Of a stretch of DNA of 64,000 bases, positions 63,281-64,000 are shown piece after piece. Below the pieces are notes generated by a model. It worked only from the letters and a program-made list of their open reading frames with translations. It made no database searches and was not told the origin of the DNA. Both the position numbers and the translations under genes were made by a program. Within the stretch, counting starts at the first letter, position 1. Every line of letters begins with the position of its first letter. This DNA comes from Lepidodermella squamata. Its lineage: Eukaryota; Animalia; Gastrotricha. The stretch lies in NCBI GenBank assembly GCA_047495785.1, contig JBLDXI010000001.1, forward strand, positions 1,860,001 to 1,924,000, in the 5' to 3' direction.

Positions 63281-63996
63281 ATGTCAGGTAAGAAAAATCT
63301 AATTTATTAGGGTTGGATGTAGCATTTGTTATAGGCGATGAGCTGAATCGTGACGAAACAGCCCTGCAGGCTATCGATGATATCGGGCAGGGCTGCCTTG
63401 GAATAATGGAAAGCCTCTCCGCAATCGAATCAGGCCTAGAATCATCGATTCAAAGGCGCCTTATCCTCGAAACCCTCACCTCTCAGCTCATGAAAGTTGA
63501 GTACCTGAAATCCTACATAACTCGTAATTCGTTATTATAATTTCTGCTCTTGAATTTTTTGTTCCTTTTATCAGATGTGATGGGTCGTAAGTCAGCAACT
63601 GGTAAACTTATTCACAACTTGACAAACAAGGTTTTGACGAATGGCGTTGTGAAATCGAATCGCGGCCGGAAACCTAAGCTAATATTGCCCGCGAATTTAC
63701 CTCTGGCTCCGTTACCTCCTCTAAGTGAATCTTCAACAAAATCCCATAACCCAACTCCGAATCCGTCTGTTGTCCCGTCGGTGGAAGTTATAACGATAGA
63801 CGATGATGTGACTAGCAGCAGTACTCCGACTTCGAAAGCTTCGTCATCGGTGAAGTCAAGTGGAACTAGCTTAGTCTCATCAAATAGTGCCACTCAGTCT
63901 TATCCGACGGTATTTGCCTGCCGATTATGCCCTTATTTCTATTGCTCGAAGAAGGATTACGCGCAGCACGTTGAAATTGCCCATGCAGGTGGATAA
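63281..63996 (+). CDS. Z16: helical module, AT-hook-like motif, one C2H2 finger (3 exons)
   Basis: ATGTCAG|gtaag micro-exon; IESGLESSIQ..QLMKVEYLKSYIT; NRGRKPK; FACRLCPYFYCSKKDYAQHVEIAH. Confidence 0.82.
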
Positions 63997-64000
63997 ATTG

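Noticed and set aside
1-64000. CRISPR array, rRNA or autonomous transposon/retroelement ORF
   Set aside because: No repeat-spacer periodicity, rRNA motifs, or transposase/reverse-transcriptase motifs were seen.

Overview
This window is from a compact, gene-dense eukaryotic genome with most spliceosomal introns about 40-60 nt long. The gene set (tektin, Alx homeobox, nuclear receptor, Cys-loop channel) indicates a ciliated animal, probably a small invertebrate; the taxon cannot be fixed from sequence alone. From left to right it holds a partial orphan gene, a small secreted prepropeptide and four tandem minus-strand bacterial-type M4 (thermolysin/LasB/vibriolysin-like) metalloproteases with Thr-rich linkers and PPC domains, carrying about 1, 11, 15 and 14 introns. 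Next come TTC5 (with an RNase MRP RNA gene in its last intron), tektin-3/5 with an RFX X-box, Alx, tRNA-Met, tRNA-Val, KCTD3/SHKBP1 and small MITE-like elements. These are followed by a divergent nuclear receptor, a RhoGAP-like gene lacking the arginine finger, an SLC17 transporter, MYG1, GOLT1 and an intronless divergent Cys-loop channel. The last 12 kb is an array of about 16 tiny same-strand genes, mostly C2H2 zinc-finger microproteins with shared unrecognised N-terminal helical modules, often only 80-230 nt apart in an operon-like layout. Main highlights: the domesticated M4 protease array with mass intron loss in one copy, the intron-nested RNase MRP gene, and the micro-ZF array. All exon boundaries were read by eye and are unverified by transcript data.
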